NCBI GenBank assembly: GCA_964510945.1
Contig: CAZEED010000002.1
Location: 144,924 to 208,923 of the forward strand
DNA length: 64,000 bases
Reading direction: 5' to 3'
Source of the DNA: an uncultured Candidatus Saccharibacteria bacterium
GTDB lineage: Bacteria; Patescibacteriota; Saccharimonadia; Saccharimonadales; JAGQNJ01
In this document: positions 54,428 through 62,410 of the stretch, piece after piece
How the letters are laid out: every line of letters starts with the position of its first letter
Position numbering within the stretch: position 1 is the first letter of the stretch
Notes under the pieces: model-generated
Seen by the model: only the letters and a program-made list of their open reading frames with translations
The model's database searches: none
What the model was told of the DNA's origin: nothing
Translations under genes and position numbers: made by a program

Positions 54428-54635
54428 TGATATAATCATCAGTAGGTGTTGATACGGAGTCACTACCCGTGGAGCCTCGTCGGTGCGGTAGCAGAAGTAC
54501 GATAACTAACGCTACAAGAGTTAAAGTCGAGGTGGAAACGTCCATCAAGGACCCGAGACACGAAACTAGTTAAATATATTTGCGAGAATATTGAACGGTT
54601 TCGTGTTTTTTACTTATATAAAATCAGGAGTCAAG
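54428..54635 (+). promoter_or_regulatory. thrS promoter plus ~190-nt attenuator leader (T-box-like, Thr)
   Basis: Extended -10 TGaTATAAT at 54428-54436. A GAGGTGGAAACGTCC segment (T-box-like GGUGG-N, where UGGA complements the UCCA end of the U73 tRNA-Thr). A possible ACU-A specifier in GATAACTAACGC. Terminator ACACGAAAC...GTTTCGTGT plus T6 (54558-54612) directly before the RBS. Confidence 0.5.
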
Positions 54636-56513
54636 ATGAGCAAACCAGAAAATAATCAAATACAGGTGATGAGACACAGCATGGCGCATGTGATGGCAAC
54701 AGCGTTACAACACCTCTGGCCAGAGGTAAAGTTAGGTGTAGGACCAGCTGTAGAGAATGGCTTTTATTATGATATTGACCTCGGTGAAACAAAACTGACC
54801 GAAGACGACCTTCCTAAAATTGAGGCCGAAATGCAAAAAGTAATTAAGGCTGATCAAAAGTTTGAAAAGCTACACCTAACAATTGATGAAGCGCTGTCTT
54901 GGGCAAAAGAAATGGATCAGCCTTATAAGCACGAACTACTCAATGATCTAAAGCGTGCTGGTACTACTGTAGCGAAGGATTTGAACAAGGATGAGCTAGG
55001 GACGATAACAGATAGTGATAGCAAGGTTGATAAAGTATCGTTTTACAAAAACGGACCATTTACTGATCTTTGTCGAGGACCACATGTTGATAGTACCGGC
55101 AAAGTGGGGGCATTTAAGCTTATGCGCGTGTCAGGAGCATATTGGCGTGGTAAAGAAGACAATCCCCAGATGCAAAGAATCTACGGAGTCGCATTTAATA
55201 CAGAGAAAGAACTTCGCCAACATTCGGCAATGCTAGAGGAAGCCAAAAAACGAGATCACCGTAAACTCGGCCAAGAGCTAGACCTGTTTGTATTTTCTGA
55301 CATGGTTGGCTCGGGGTTGCCAATATTTACCCCTAGAGGGACAGTATTAAGAGAAAAACTAGTAGAATTTTCTAACTCCTTAAGAGAGGCGTATGGTTTT
55401 GAAAAAGTTTGGAGTCCGCATATTACTAAGAAGGATCTCTATGAAGCCTCTGGTCACTGGTCAAAGTTTGGTGACGAGCTATTTCTGGTGAAAAGTCAGG
55501 AAACATCTGATGAGTTAGTAATGAAGCCTATGAATTGTCCTCATCATACTCGCATTTACACTAGTCAGCCACGGAGTTATCGTGACTTGCCTTTACGTTA
55601 CCTAGAAACTACGACAGTATATCGTGACGAAAAGTCTGGCGAGCTAGGTGGGCTTAATCGTGTACGAGCAATTACTCAAGACGATAGCCACGTATTTTGT
55701 AGGCAAGATCAGATAGAAAAGGAAATTGACAACCTTCTGACCTCTGCAGCATCCTTATACGACGTGATGGGCATGAAATTACGGGTTCGTTTATCCTATC
55801 GTGACGACAGTGGATCGTATCTGGGTTCAATGGAACTATGGCAGAGTGCACAGCAACAGTTACAGAATGCTGTTAAGGCAAATAACCTAGAATACTACGA
55901 AGAGACAGGAGAGGCGGCTTTTTATGGTCCAAAGATCGATTTTATGGCCACAGATGCAATTGGACGTGAGCACCAAGTAGCCACTGTGCAATTAGACTTT
56001 GTGCAGCCCGATAGGTTTGAGCTTGAGTATGTAGCGGAAGATGGCGGTAAGCAACAGCCAGTTATGATTCACTGTGCGCTATTGGGATCTATCGAGCGGT
56101 TCTTGAGTGTTTACATTGAGCATACTGCCGGTAAGTTCCCGGTGTGGTTGGCGCCAGAACAGATTAGGATTGTTACAGTTAATCAAGAAGAGCCAACTAC
56201 GAATTTTGCCGAGAAAATTCGTGATCAAGCCAAGGAGTTAGGCCTTAGAGTTTATCTGGACAACGATAACGAATCAGTCGGAAAGAAAATCCGAGAAGCA
56301 GAAATGCAAAAAATCCCATATACGTTAGTGATAGGCGAAAAAGAGATTAGTAGCGGAGAGGTTATGCCTAGAGTGCGTCAGGATATTGAAGTCCAAGAAG
56401 ATAGTAAGCCGATTGCTGTTGAAGAATTCTTGAAAACAGTCGTAAACGAAGCAAAATCTCGGGTAACGCACACCTCTATCCATGCTTATGAAGCCCATAA
56501 AAAATCAGTTTAA
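54636..56513 (+). CDS. thrS: Threonyl-tRNA synthetase (no N-terminal TGS domain)
   Basis: The ATG at 54636 follows AGGAG. The protein starts at the editing-domain motif RHSMAHVMA. Class II motifs are present (FRDE-like YRDEKSGELGGLNRVRAITQDDSHVF), followed by an anticodon-binding domain. Confidence 0.95.
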   Translation: MSKPENNQIQVMRHSMAHVMATALQHLWPEVKLGVGPAVENGFYYDIDLGETKLTEDDLPKIEAEMQKVIKADQKFEKLHLTIDEALSWAKEMDQPYKHELLNDLKRAGTTVAKDLNKDELGTITDSDSKVDKVSFYKNGPFTDLCRGPHVDSTGKVGAFKLMRVSGAYWRGKEDNPQMQRIYGVAFNTEKELRQHSAMLEEAKKRDHRKLGQELDLFVFSDMVGSGLPIFTPRGTVLREKLVEFSNSLREAYGFEKVWSPHITKKDLYEASGHWSKFGDELFLVKSQETSDELVMKPMNCPHHTRIYTSQPRSYRDLPLRYLETTTVYRDEKSGELGGLNRVRAITQDDSHVFCRQDQIEKEIDNLLTSAASLYDVMGMKLRVRLSYRDDSGSYLGSMELWQSAQQQLQNAVKANNLEYYEETGEAAFYGPKIDFMATDAIGREHQVATVQLDFVQPDRFELEYVAEDGGKQQPVMIHCALLGSIERFLSVYIEHTAGKFPVWLAPEQIRIVTVNQEEPTTNFAEKIRDQAKELGLRVYLDNDNESVGKKIREAEMQKIPYTLVIGEKEISSGEVMPRVRQDIEVQEDSKPIAVEEFLKTVVNEAKSRVTHTSIHAYEAHKKSV

Positions 56514-56805
56514 AAAAGATGTTTTAGAGTTAGTAAGGGTAATTCCTAAAGGTAGGGTTATGACTTACGGGCAGATTGCGGCACTTTGTGGCGAACCAAA
56601 TGCAGCCCGAGCAGTAGGGACTATAGCGCACTATGGCCCATCAGAGCTCCCGTGGCAACGTGTGGTGAATAAATCAGGTGGTTTGGCATCAGCTTATACC
56701 TATGGAGGTAGAGGTGGTCAAAAGGCTCAATTAGAAGCTGATGGGGTAATTGTCGGCAAGGATAACAAAATCGATATCGAGAAATACATATGGTGGCCAC
56801 AGTGA
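56482..56805 (+). CDS. Alkyltransferase-like (ATL) / MGMT-family DNA-binding protein lacking the acceptor Cys
   Basis: VMTYGQIAALCGEPNAARAVG and PWQRVVN, where active MGMT has PCHRV. Confidence 0.8.
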   Translation: MLMKPIKNQFKKDVLELVRVIPKGRVMTYGQIAALCGEPNAARAVGTIAHYGPSELPWQRVVNKSGGLASAYTYGGRGGQKAQLEADGVIVGKDNKIDIEKYIWWPQ

Positions 56806-57566
56806 AGCCTCTAATAGTAATTGTTGGTCCTACAGCTAGCGGAAAAAGCGATTTAGCTATGATGTTAGCCAAGAGATTTAATGGCGAGATTATTTGTGCT
56901 GATAGTCAGACTATTTATCGGGGTATGGATATTGGCACAGCCAAGCCTACAAAAACAGACCAAGCCTTAATACCACACCACCTTTTAGATATACGTAATC
57001 CTGATGAATCTTACAGTGTGGCTCAGTTTCAGCGTGACGCTCAAGAGGCAATTGCTGATATTAACACCAGAGGTAAACTGCCAATTATGGTCGGAGGTAG
57101 TGGCTTGTATATAGATTCTGTCATCTATAACTATTCTTTTATTTCGGATGGTCAGCGCGATGATGTTAATCCGCGACATTTAGCTAAAGATGTGGGGCTT
57201 AAAGATAAGGAGCTACGGGACGATACATTAATTATTGGAATTCAGCGCAACCCAGAGGAGTTAGAAGCTCGGATTGTGGAGCGAATCGATAGGATGGTGG
57301 AGGCTGGACTGATTGATGAAGTAAAGAACCTTGTTGCTAAGTACGGCCGTGATGCCGTGGGGCTAAGCAATATTCGATATCAAATCTTTGCAGAATACCT
57401 TGCTGGATTGATAAGTCTCGATGAGGCAATGCAAAAATTTGCACGAAACGATATGTTACTCAGCAAAAAACAAAAGACTTGGTTTAAACGTAACAAAAGT
57501 ATTCACTGGATGAATAACAGAGAGGATGCCGTAGCAATTACAACAACGTTTTTGAACAATTATTAA
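56790..57566 (+). CDS. miaA: tRNA dimethylallyltransferase
   Basis: IVIVGPTASGKSDLAMMLA and ICADSQTIYRGMDIGTAKPT. Confidence 0.9.
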   Translation: MVATVKPLIVIVGPTASGKSDLAMMLAKRFNGEIICADSQTIYRGMDIGTAKPTKTDQALIPHHLLDIRNPDESYSVAQFQRDAQEAIADINTRGKLPIMVGGSGLYIDSVIYNYSFISDGQRDDVNPRHLAKDVGLKDKELRDDTLIIGIQRNPEELEARIVERIDRMVEAGLIDEVKNLVAKYGRDAVGLSNIRYQIFAEYLAGLISLDEAMQKFARNDMLLSKKQKTWFKRNKSIHWMNNREDAVAITTTFLNNY

Positions 57567-57590
57567 ATTGTAAGCTGTTATAATGTATAC

Positions 57591-58187
57591 ATGATTGAAC
57601 AATTGTTTGGGAGCAAGACGAGGGTAAAGTTGCTACAACTTTTTTACGCAAATCCAAATAGGGCATTTTACGTTCGCGAAATTACCCGAAAAATTGATGA
57701 GCAAATTAACTCTGTTAGGCGTGAGCTAGCTAATCTACTCAGTATTGGGATAATTTCGTCAGAGGATAATGCTCATAAGCTATACTATGAAGTCGATCAG
57801 AATTACGATTTTTATAAACCGCTTTCTGAGATTTTCGGAGGAAAGAAAAAAGCTGTTGCTGTAAAAACAGTATCAGCTAGTGGGGATGGCGATAACGACA
57901 AGCTTAAATCAATTGGTAATATAGAGATTGCATTTTTAACCGGTCAGTTTACTAGGGATGAGACTGCTAGCATCGATTTACTGATCGTTGGGGATGTTAA
58001 TCATACAAAATTAGAGAAGTATATTTCTGATCTCGAGAAAACTGAGGGTAAAGAGATACGATATTCGGCAATGACTAAAAAAGACTTTGATTATCGACAA
58101 CAGGTTAAAGATAGATTTATAACGAACGTCCTGCAGAATAAGCGACAAGTATTAATAGATAAACACAAAGTATTAAACGAACTCTAA
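57591..58187 (+). CDS. Winged-helix (ArsR-like) DNA-binding protein with an uncharacterised C-terminal domain
   Basis: FGSKTRVKLLQLFYANPNRAFYVREITRKIDEQINSVRRELANLLSIGII. Confidence 0.55.
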   Translation: MIEQLFGSKTRVKLLQLFYANPNRAFYVREITRKIDEQINSVRRELANLLSIGIISSEDNAHKLYYEVDQNYDFYKPLSEIFGGKKKAVAVKTVSASGDGDNDKLKSIGNIEIAFLTGQFTRDETASIDLLIVGDVNHTKLEKYISDLEKTEGKEIRYSAMTKKDFDYRQQVKDRFITNVLQNKRQVLIDKHKVLNEL

Positions 58188-58201
58188 GAAAGGGATAATA
58201 G

Positions 58202-58837
58202 ATGGAATTACAGTTTTTTGGTGCAAATTGTGTGCGAATCTCAACAAAGAAAGCTAATGTGGTGGTTGACGATAATTTGTCTAGTCTAGGGTTAAAGACG
58301 GCATGCAAACCTGGAGATATCGCATTGTTTACTCATGAGAGTACTGCTGATGCGCAGAAACTAAAAGACCCTAAATTAGTGATTCAGATTCCGGGGGAGT
58401 ACGAAGTTTCGGCTGTATCTGTTAGAGCGATTTCAGTCAGGTCTCATATGGACGAAGAGGGTCAGCAGAGTGCAGTCATGTACAAGATTATTAATAGCGG
58501 GATTAACGTTGCTGTTGTTGGTCATATACACCCTGATTTAACCGAAGAACAATTAGAATCTTTAGGCATGGTTGATGTTCTGTTTGTGCCTGTCGGTGGC
58601 AACGGATATACGCTAGACGCAATCGGTGCGCTAAAAATTATCAAAAAAATTGAGCCAAAAATTATTATTCCGACTCACTACGCTGACAAGGCGATTAAAT
58701 ATGAGGTCCCACAGGCGGATCTTGACGAAGTTATGAAGAATGTGACGTTTGAAATCAAAGAAAAACTACCAAAACTAAAACTAAAAAATACAGATTTGCC
58801 CCTGACACCTGAGTTTATTGTTCTAGAGCGTCAATAA
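58202..58837 (+). CDS. MBL-fold metal-dependent hydrolase (UPF0173-like)
   Basis: Beta-lactamase-fold pattern MELQFFGANCVRIS...VVVDD, VVGHIHPD and IIIPTHY. Confidence 0.65.
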   Translation: MELQFFGANCVRISTKKANVVVDDNLSSLGLKTACKPGDIALFTHESTADAQKLKDPKLVIQIPGEYEVSAVSVRAISVRSHMDEEGQQSAVMYKIINSGINVAVVGHIHPDLTEEQLESLGMVDVLFVPVGGNGYTLDAIGALKIIKKIEPKIIIPTHYADKAIKYEVPQADLDEVMKNVTFEIKEKLPKLKLKNTDLPLTPEFIVLERQ

Positions 58838-58841
58838 ATTA

Positions 58842-59078
58842 TTATTTACTTGTAACTGGGTTTATTTCTTGAGCAGGGTTTTTTGGGTCAACAATTAGGC
58901 CTTTTCGCTTTAGCGTACGAATAGCTTGGGTGCTGATTTTCATTTTTACTTTATGGCCATCAATAACAATAGTTTTCTTTTGAAGATTTGGTTTCCATAC
59001 TTTTTTTGTATGGCGTTGAGAAAAGCTGACATTACTGCCATATTGCTTGCCTTTGCCGGTTAATTCGCATTTTTGCAT
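58842..59078 (-). CDS. rpmB: 50S ribosomal protein L28
   Basis: MQKCELTGKGKQYGSNVSFSQRHTKKVWKPNLQKK. Confidence 0.93.
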   Translation of the reverse strand: MQKCELTGKGKQYGSNVSFSQRHTKKVWKPNLQKKTIVIDGHKVKMKISTQAIRTLKRKGLIVDPKNPAQEINPVTSK

Positions 59079-59201
59079 AACAGAGGAGTATTTTAGCGTC
59101 TAAAGTGGTAGAAGTCAACCAAGAAAGATTAATATTACAGACAGGTATCCTAAAAATTGAAATCTTAAAGTTTTGTAGATGCGCTGGTATACTAAAGCGT
59201 A

Positions 59202-59831
59202 ATGTTCGCAAACCTAACAGGATTAAACTTTGGAATATTCTTTGTCTCGCTACTTTTGGCTGTCTCTATACACGAGGCCATGCATGGTTATGCTGCGCAC
59301 TGGTTGGGCGACGATACAGCGCATCAGGCAGGCCGGCTGACACTCAACCCTCTAAAACACCTTGATTTGGTCACATCTATAATTATGCCTATGTTGTTAT
59401 GGCTACTGGGTTTACCGCCTTTTTTTATAGCAAAGCCAGTACCTTTTAACCCATGGAAAGTCAGGTACGGTGAATACGGTGCTGCAATGATAGGCCTAGC
59501 TGGTCCGTTAACGAATATCGTATTAGCGACTGTCGCTTCTTTGTTGCTGCATATTCTTGGGATCGCAGTCGGCACGCCGATTTATAACGCATTTGTCATT
59601 TTTATGGCTGTGAATGTTGCTATATTCGTGTTTAACATGATTCCTTTTCCGCCACTCGATGGATCTAGGTTACTGTATGCATTCGCACCAGAACCTCTGC
59701 AAAAACTAATGATGCAAATAGAATCGTTAGGGATGAACGCTATATTCATTTTTATGATGATAAGCTTTGTGTTTTTGTCGCCATTTATAATTCGTGCTAA
59801 TGAACTCATATTAAATCTACTGCTTTATTAG
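59202..59831 (+). CDS. Site-2 protease family (M50) membrane metalloprotease
   Basis: HEAMHG (HExxH within a TM helix) and FNMIPFPPLDGSRL (the NxxPxxxLDG motif). Confidence 0.8.
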   Translation: MFANLTGLNFGIFFVSLLLAVSIHEAMHGYAAHWLGDDTAHQAGRLTLNPLKHLDLVTSIIMPMLLWLLGLPPFFIAKPVPFNPWKVRYGEYGAAMIGLAGPLTNIVLATVASLLLHILGIAVGTPIYNAFVIFMAVNVAIFVFNMIPFPPLDGSRLLYAFAPEPLQKLMMQIESLGMNAIFIFMMISFVFLSPFIIRANELILNLLLY

Positions 59832-59848
59832 AATGATATAATTAGTCT

Positions 59849-60150
59849 GCTGGCTAAGAACCTATCCCAACAGTACGTTTTCGGTTATAGCAATTAATAA
59901 TTCGTTATGAACGGGTATACCGCTTCGCAACATATTCTTTAATATGTTTTGTCGCCTGACATCCGTTCATGTCGATTCTTATTTGTATAACAGTTCGAAA
60001 AGTACTGTTGGGGTAGGTTCAATTGCCAAACAATGATTATCTAACAACATATATTCGGGAGCTCAATATCAGATTTTGCCTTTGGCGGATGAATGCGAGC
60101 ACCCACCTGGGTAAAACCAGATTAATCATTGGTAAGTTAGCCAGCTTTTG
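59849..60150 (+). ncRNA. Candidate ~300-nt structured RNA containing a 163-nt 6S-like long hairpin
   Basis: Extended -10 TGaTATAAT at 59834-59842. GCTGGCTAA (59849-59857) pairs with TTAGCCAGC (60137-60145), followed by TTTTGATTTTG. Hairpin A arms are 59858-59883 and 59996-60020 (25 bp, one G-U, one bulge). The apical stem is AACATATT-cttt-AATATGTT. Hairpin B stem is CAATGATTA with TAATCATTG. Confidence 0.4.
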
Positions 60151-60224
60151 ATTTTGTGAATGATATTAGTTATTGATCACAAAACAAAAATAACATTGTG
60201 TAATCTCGGTCATGTTAGTATTAA

Positions 60225-60881
60225 GTGATGCCAAAAGAAGATAAAAAAGAAATACATAAAAGTTATGAGTTTAAGGATTTTGCGGAGTCTATGCGTTTTG
60301 TTCGTCAGGTAGCTGATCTGGCGGAAGTTGCTAATCATCATCCGAGGATACAGATCGATTACAACAAAGTGGAGCTATGGTTTACAACTCATGATAAGGG
60401 AAAAGTAACTGAAAAAGACGAGAAATTAGCCGAGCAAGTTGACGCTTTAATTAACGGTCAACCGTCTGTTGGCCAGTTGCCCTCTGAGCTAAAGTTTTAT
60501 GGCGACGGGGGCTCTCGCGGTAACCCAGGACCAGCCGCTGCTGGGTTTGTTTTGCTAGATATGAATGATCATTTACTAGAGAATGGTGGCGAGTTTATGG
60601 GTGTTACCACTAACAATCAGGCAGAGTATCATTCTTTAGAGATGGGGCTTGAGCGTGCTTTGGAGGCTGGAGTTAAGAAGATCCATGTATATATGGATAG
60701 TCAGCTAGCTATAAGGCAAATAAGTGGCCAATACAAGGTCAGGAGCCTCGAGCTATTGCCCCGGTATAATAACGTTAAGAGTTTGTTAGCTAAATTCGAT
60801 GAAGCTACCTGCACACATGTGCCACGAGAGCTCAACAAGTTGGCTGACGCAGAAGTAAACCGTATTCTAGATTCGCTATAG
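60225..60881 (+). CDS. Fusion protein: pterin-4a-carbinolamine dehydratase (PCD/DCoH)-like domain plus RNase HI-like domain
   Basis: N-terminal YEFKDFAESMRFVRQVADLAEVANHHPRIQIDYNKVELWFTTHD. The C-terminal DEDD pattern is FYGDGGSRGNPGPAA, NNQAEY, VYMDSQL and NKLADAEVN. Confidence 0.75.
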   Translation: MMPKEDKKEIHKSYEFKDFAESMRFVRQVADLAEVANHHPRIQIDYNKVELWFTTHDKGKVTEKDEKLAEQVDALINGQPSVGQLPSELKFYGDGGSRGNPGPAAAGFVLLDMNDHLLENGGEFMGVTTNNQAEYHSLEMGLERALEAGVKKIHVYMDSQLAIRQISGQYKVRSLELLPRYNNVKSLLAKFDEATCTHVPRELNKLADAEVNRILDSL

Positions 60882-60898
60882 TAGTTGTATACTGTTAG

Positions 60899-61230
60899 AG
60901 CCAGATTATTGACTAATCGCTCGCTTTAACGTGGGAGGAAAGTCCGGGCAACGTAGAGAAGGGTAGTTGTTAACGACAACCGGGGGCAACCCTAGGGAAA
61001 GTGCCACAGAAACAAAACGTCCTTTTATAGGTCACGGTGAAAAGAGTGGGGTAAGAGCCCACAGTTTGCGATGGTGACATCGTAAAGAGGTAAACCCTAC
61101 CTGTTGCAAGGAGTATATTCACAAAATGGTTTCTCGCCAGAATATACGATGATCCGCTTGATTCTATCGGCAACGATAGAACTAGATAGATGATTAGTCA
61201 CGACTAAACCCGGCTTATAGATAATCTGGC
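60899..61230 (+). ncRNA. rnpB: RNase P RNA (bacterial type A)
   Basis: P1 pairs GCCAGATTAT with ATAATCTGGC. P4 is GGAGGAAAGTCCGGGC with AAACCCGGCTTATAG. AGTGCCACAGAAA is also present. The antisense ORF 60970-61173 is spurious. Confidence 0.9.
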
Positions 61231-61231
61231 A

Positions 61232-61265
61232 TTAAATAATCCTCAGTAAATTGAGGATTATTTAA
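61232..61265. terminator. Bidirectional terminator between rnpB and rplT
   Basis: TTAAATAATCCTCA-gtaaat-TGAGGATTATTTAA (a perfect 14-bp stem) with A/T-rich flanks on both sides. Confidence 0.8.
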
Positions 61266-61285
61266 TGCCAAGTTTTAAGTAATGT

Positions 61286-61627
61286 TTATTTTACGGCGTT
61301 TACTACCGCTTCGAAGGCTTTTGGTTCGTTAACGGCTAGCTCAGCTAGTATTTTACGATCAATTTTAACGTTGGCTTTTTTCATTGCTGCAATTAATTTG
61401 CTGTAAGTTGTCCCGTGTTCTCGGGCAGCTGCATTGATTCTGATGTTCCAAAGAGCTCTAAAACTACGTTTTTTATTGCGTCTGTCTCTGTAACTGTACT
61501 GTAATGCTTTGATCGTTGCTTGGCGACCACGTCTGACGCTAACTCTATGAGCGTGGGACATTCCCTTGGTGCTTTTTCTTATCTTGTCATGTCGCTTTTT
61601 GGCTGCGACGCCTCTTTTTACTCTCAT
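61286..61627 (-). CDS. rplT: 50S ribosomal protein L20
   Basis: MRVKRGVAAKKRHDKIRKSTKGMSHAHRVSVRRGRQATIKALQYSYRDRRNKKR. Confidence 0.95.
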   Translation of the reverse strand: MRVKRGVAAKKRHDKIRKSTKGMSHAHRVSVRRGRQATIKALQYSYRDRRNKKRSFRALWNIRINAAAREHGTTYSKLIAAMKKANVKIDRKILAELAVNEPKAFEAVVNAVK

Positions 61628-61822
61628 TTATATTCCTAACATTTTCTTAATAGACTTAGCTTTTTTACCAATAATCTCGTCTGTACCTGCAAACTTTCGT
61701 TTTCTTACGGCACTTTTTTTCTCTAAAAAGTGGTTGCCGGTAGCGTGTCGACGCAAAACTTTGCCAGTCTTTGTAATATTAACTCTGTCTTTTGTCCCGC
61801 TGTGGGTTTTGTGCTTTGGCAT
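61628..61822 (-). CDS. rpmI: 50S ribosomal protein L35
   Basis: MPKHKTHSGTKDRVNITKTGKVLRRHATGNHFLEKKS. Confidence 0.93.
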   Translation of the reverse strand: MPKHKTHSGTKDRVNITKTGKVLRRHATGNHFLEKKSAVRKRKFAGTDEIIGKKAKSIKKMLGI

Positions 61823-61824
61823 TG

Positions 61825-62376
61825 TTATGCTCTCCTTATTACGAATATTATCTGTTTGCCGGTCATTTGTGGTGATTGATCAACAGCTATTTTATCATCA
61901 AATCGTTGAATAATCTTCTCTGCTAGCTGGAAACCTAGATCTTTATGGGCTAATTCGCGACCTCGGAAGAATAAAGTGAACTTTACCTTGTGGCCGTCTT
62001 CGAGGAATCCAGAGACTTTTCGAAGTTTCACATCAAGATCGTGAGTATCAATCTTTAAACCCATTCGCATCTGTTTTAAGTCCTGTGCTTTGACTGCTTT
62101 TTTATTTTTTTGCTGTTGTTTAGTCTTTTGGTAGTTATATTTTCCCCAATCAACTATTTTGGCAACAGGCGGGTTAGCGTTTGGCGATATCTCGACCAAG
62201 TCTAACTCCGATTGTTTAGCAAGCTGCAAGGCTTCAGATTTTGACATTACGCCAAGTTGGCTTCCGTCTTCGCCGATAACTCTCAACTCATTAGCCCGAA
62301 TCTGTTCATTCAGGCGGGTGTACTTGCTGATATCTCTCTCCTTATTAAGTACTTGCTTTACTTGCTTGGGATGAAT
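61825..62376 (-). CDS. infC: Translation initiation factor IF-3 (probable AUU start)
   Basis: INEQIRANELRVIGEDGSQLGV and ELDLVEISPNANPPVAKIVDWGKY. The ORF-track ATG at 62457 would overlap comM by 47 nt. The in-frame ATT at 62376-62374 gives a normal-length protein. Confidence 0.85.
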   Translation of the reverse strand: MHPKQVKQVLNKERDISKYTRLNEQIRANELRVIGEDGSQLGVMSKSEALQLAKQSELDLVEISPNANPPVAKIVDWGKYNYQKTKQQQKNKKAVKAQDLKQMRMGLKIDTHDLDVKLRKVSGFLEDGHKVKFTLFFRGRELAHKDLGFQLAEKIIQRFDDKIAVDQSPQMTGKQIIFVIRRA

Positions 62377-62410
62377 TCTAACAGATTGATACCACTGTTT
62401 CAATAGCGAA

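Noticed and set aside
54591-54635. The N-terminal extension of thrS from the TTG at 54591 offered by the ORF track.
   Set aside because: It overlaps the leader terminator and U tract. The ATG at 54636 has a proper AGGAG RBS and gives a conserved N-terminus.
59105-59365. An 86-aa ORF overlapping the start of the M50 protease gene.
   Set aside because: It is in a different frame from the well-supported protease gene (HEAMHG motif). Its translation is Cys/Arg-rich and implausible.
60070-60086. A shared 14-15-mer GATTT(T)GCCTTTGGC at about 48863 and about 60071.
   Set aside because: Exact 13-14-mers are expected by chance tens of times in a 64-kb self-comparison, and the flanks do not align convincingly.
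60970-61173. A 67-aa ORF on the minus strand.
   Set aside because: It lies entirely inside the RNase P RNA gene.
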